Origin: Mizuhopecten yessoensis
Taxonomy: Eukaryota
Length of the DNA stretch: 64,000 nt
Assembly (NCBI RefSeq): GCF_002113885.1
Contig: NW_018404135.1
Span: forward strand, 76,122 to 140,121
Direction: 5' to 3'
Both the position numbers and the translations under genes were made by a program. Each line of letters begins with the position of its first letter. Position 1 is the stretch's first letter. Shown here piece after piece: positions 61,803 through 64,000 of the stretch. Below the pieces are notes generated by a model that saw nothing but the letters and a program-made list of their open reading frames with translations, did not search any database and was not told the DNA's origin.

Positions 61803-63417
61803 TTCATTTCAACAATTTTTATTGACAAAGTTGATACAAGTCAATTGGATGGAATAACAGGCAAAGCCTATATAAATTATCTCCAGTGGTGGCTAAATTA
61901 ACGGATTCTGTTATTTTTATTTGATTTAATTAATGCATCAATTTGGAAATGAAAATTGTAAACAAAAAAAATAAAGGGATGTAACTCCTTCTTAATTAAC
62001 ATGACTGAAATACAAATACATTCACACTTCTCACATCACACTCAAAACACTTCCACAGGTATTATTTATTTTTATAACATTTTACAATTTATACAAGCTA
62101 TATAGCTATCAAATCACACAGATATTGGCAGACATTGACCAAAAGTCCATGTGCAAATATATGCACAGGTCACAGTCGCCAAAACTGTTAAGTTATTATA
62201 ATTTTATATGCAAACAGATAGCTAGTCTATGTGTTATTCAATGTATAAGATGGAAACTGTAAAACAAGACAGATTGAACAAATCTTGCAACAAACAACAA
62301 CAAACAAACATGCTCAACTTAAAACTCCTATGTCCGTAGAAGAATAGCATTTATAGAAAAGTAGGTAAAGTTACTTATTTGTGGAGTATAATTGAAATAG
62401 GAATAGTAAGTATAAGAGTATAAAGTATAAGGTCATGGCTGGTTAGATGGTGTAGAGATTAAAGCGACTCGATTTACCAATAAATAACTGTACATCATTA
62501 AGTAACTGTCTGTTTGTTAGTCCATCACAATCAAGACAGCCTCGTAGAAAGATGTTTGTATCAATATGGTTATGATTTCCATAATTACGAACAGAAGTAA
62601 ATAAAGTAAGTCTGAGATCATTAAACAATGGACATTCAAGAAAATAATGGAAAACTGTTTCATACTCAAAAGAGGAAGCACAAGAGGGACAGTCAGTTAA
62701 ATGGTCATTGAATAAATCAAAAATTTAAATTGCTACAGAAGTTTCTAAGTTGACAAAGAATAATATTGGCCCGTCTATCACCTTCTGTTTTAAAAAATAA
62801 GGTTGATTCATTATCGATAATAATATCTTTATTCAGTTTGTGATTAAAGGTTGCAAGAGTTGGGGAATTTAGAAGATCATTATCAGTAGTGTTAGTTGTG
62901 CGGCACATTAGAGGGAGGAAACGGTCAAACTAATTGTTAGTTCTACATATTGGTTGATTAAACAGTCTTGTTTGTCTGAGGGAATAGGGATTATTGTTTT
63001 GATTGTTAATGAAAGGATTTAAGAATCTTGTAAGTATTGAGGTGACAGCCCATGCACTATTTTATACATCATTATGTGTTTGTGTTTATTTCTTCCTGTT
63101 GACAGAGTTTTCCAACCAAGTTCATTATAAAGTTTATTATGAGATGTTCAAGATCGAAGTCCAGTAATGATTCTGGCTGCTTCTAGTTGAATAGATTCTA
63201 GAAGTTCTTTAGATTGTTGAGTGCAATTATCCCATACTATGTCTACATATTCCAAAATTGGCCGAATGAATGCTATATAAATTTTAATTAATGATTTACG
63301 ATTGACTTAAGTTTTACGAAGAATATTCAATCTACTATAAGCTTTTTTATATATATTCAGAATGAGTTGTTTCCAAGTCAGTCCTAAGTGTGTATGTGCT
63401 GTTGAGTCAGTGATTTG
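61803..63417 (-). mobile_element. Second, shorter and frameshifted copy of LINE family 1 with 11-bp TSD TTTGTCCGTTT
   Basis: Reverse complement matches about 26359-28003 including the whole 3' UTR; TSD at 61792-61802 and 63414-63424; ORF pieces are near-identical to the 847-aa ORF C-terminus. Confidence 0.96.
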
Positions 63418-63785
63418 TCCGTTTGGCATTACATTGCCTATGTATGCTATCTGGAAGCTGTTCAATACCTTTATTTGTCAATATCAGAATATTCAAATAT
63501 CTTCAATTTTCAAAATCAACCATTCAGCTCAAACTATTAACGTATATATTGCTTGTTCAATAAATATAAAAGTCTTTCGTCTAAGTCAGTGGTATCAACA
63601 TCACAACATGACCTCATAATGATGACGACGTTAACATTCGGGCCATGGCATTCATAGCTGATAGGAAAGACATCTGAATGGGGTAGTTACATAGCGGCAG
63701 TGCCATACGATGATAAATGTATTTTTACTATTAAATATAACAGGGACAAAACATAAGTGATCTTTTCAATAGCTGTCTCCCTTCA

Positions 63786-63882
63786 TTATTGTACGGATCC
63801 GGTCATTACCGATTGTGTGGTACTCGTTGGTTATTGTACAGAGTCGGTCATTACCGATTGTATGGTACTCGTTGGTTATTGT
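63786..63882. repeat. 45-bp two-copy tandem duplication
   Basis: TTATTGTAC..CGGTCATTACCGATTGT.TGGTACTCGTTGG at 63786 and 63831. Confidence 0.9.
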
Positions 63883-64000
63883 TTTACCAACAAAGATGTA
63901 CTATTTGCATACTCATACGAGCATGGTAATCTCCAAGTATTTTAATAAACGTACTTCTAGAACATTTCTAAACTCAGCCCTGTAAAAGCACAAGGTCCAA

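Noticed and set aside
59800-64000. Downstream GPCR exons (TM6 CWxP, TM7 NPxxY)
   Set aside because: No such motifs in the supplied ORFs or seen by eye; a short exon could have been missed.

Overview
AT-rich eukaryotic genomic DNA from a marine invertebrate; a mollusc, probably a bivalve, is inferred from the V-/Meta-domain SINEs and the HINE element. About one third of the window (roughly 21 kb) is minisatellite arrays with 23-74 bp units, and the long ones cluster at 41-47 bp. The rest is nested transposon debris: five 5'-truncated CR1/L2-type LINE copies, a Penelope-like element split by one of them, a Tc1 (DD34E) transposon carrying a nested Helentron-associated element, SINEs, palindromic MITE-like elements and a probable decayed piggyBac. 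The only convincing host gene is the large first coding exon (TM1-TM5) of a neuromedin U/pyrokinin/CAPA-type (PRXamide) neuropeptide GPCR at 57323-58265. Most ORFs in the track are repeat artefacts. Most notable observations: (1) a minisatellite born from the RT catalytic FADD codons of a dead LINE, one end of a continuum from 2-copy duplications to about 70-copy arrays; (2) a 3'-terminal stem-loop with compensatory base changes shared by three divergent LINE families; (3) a TSD-flanked LINE inserted in frame into a Penelope GIY-YIG domain, giving an 847-aa chimeric ORF; (4) a decayed minimal hammerhead ribozyme in the Penelope 3' terminus. No prokaryotic-type system such as CRISPR is present. 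All calls are from manual reading; no database searches were run.
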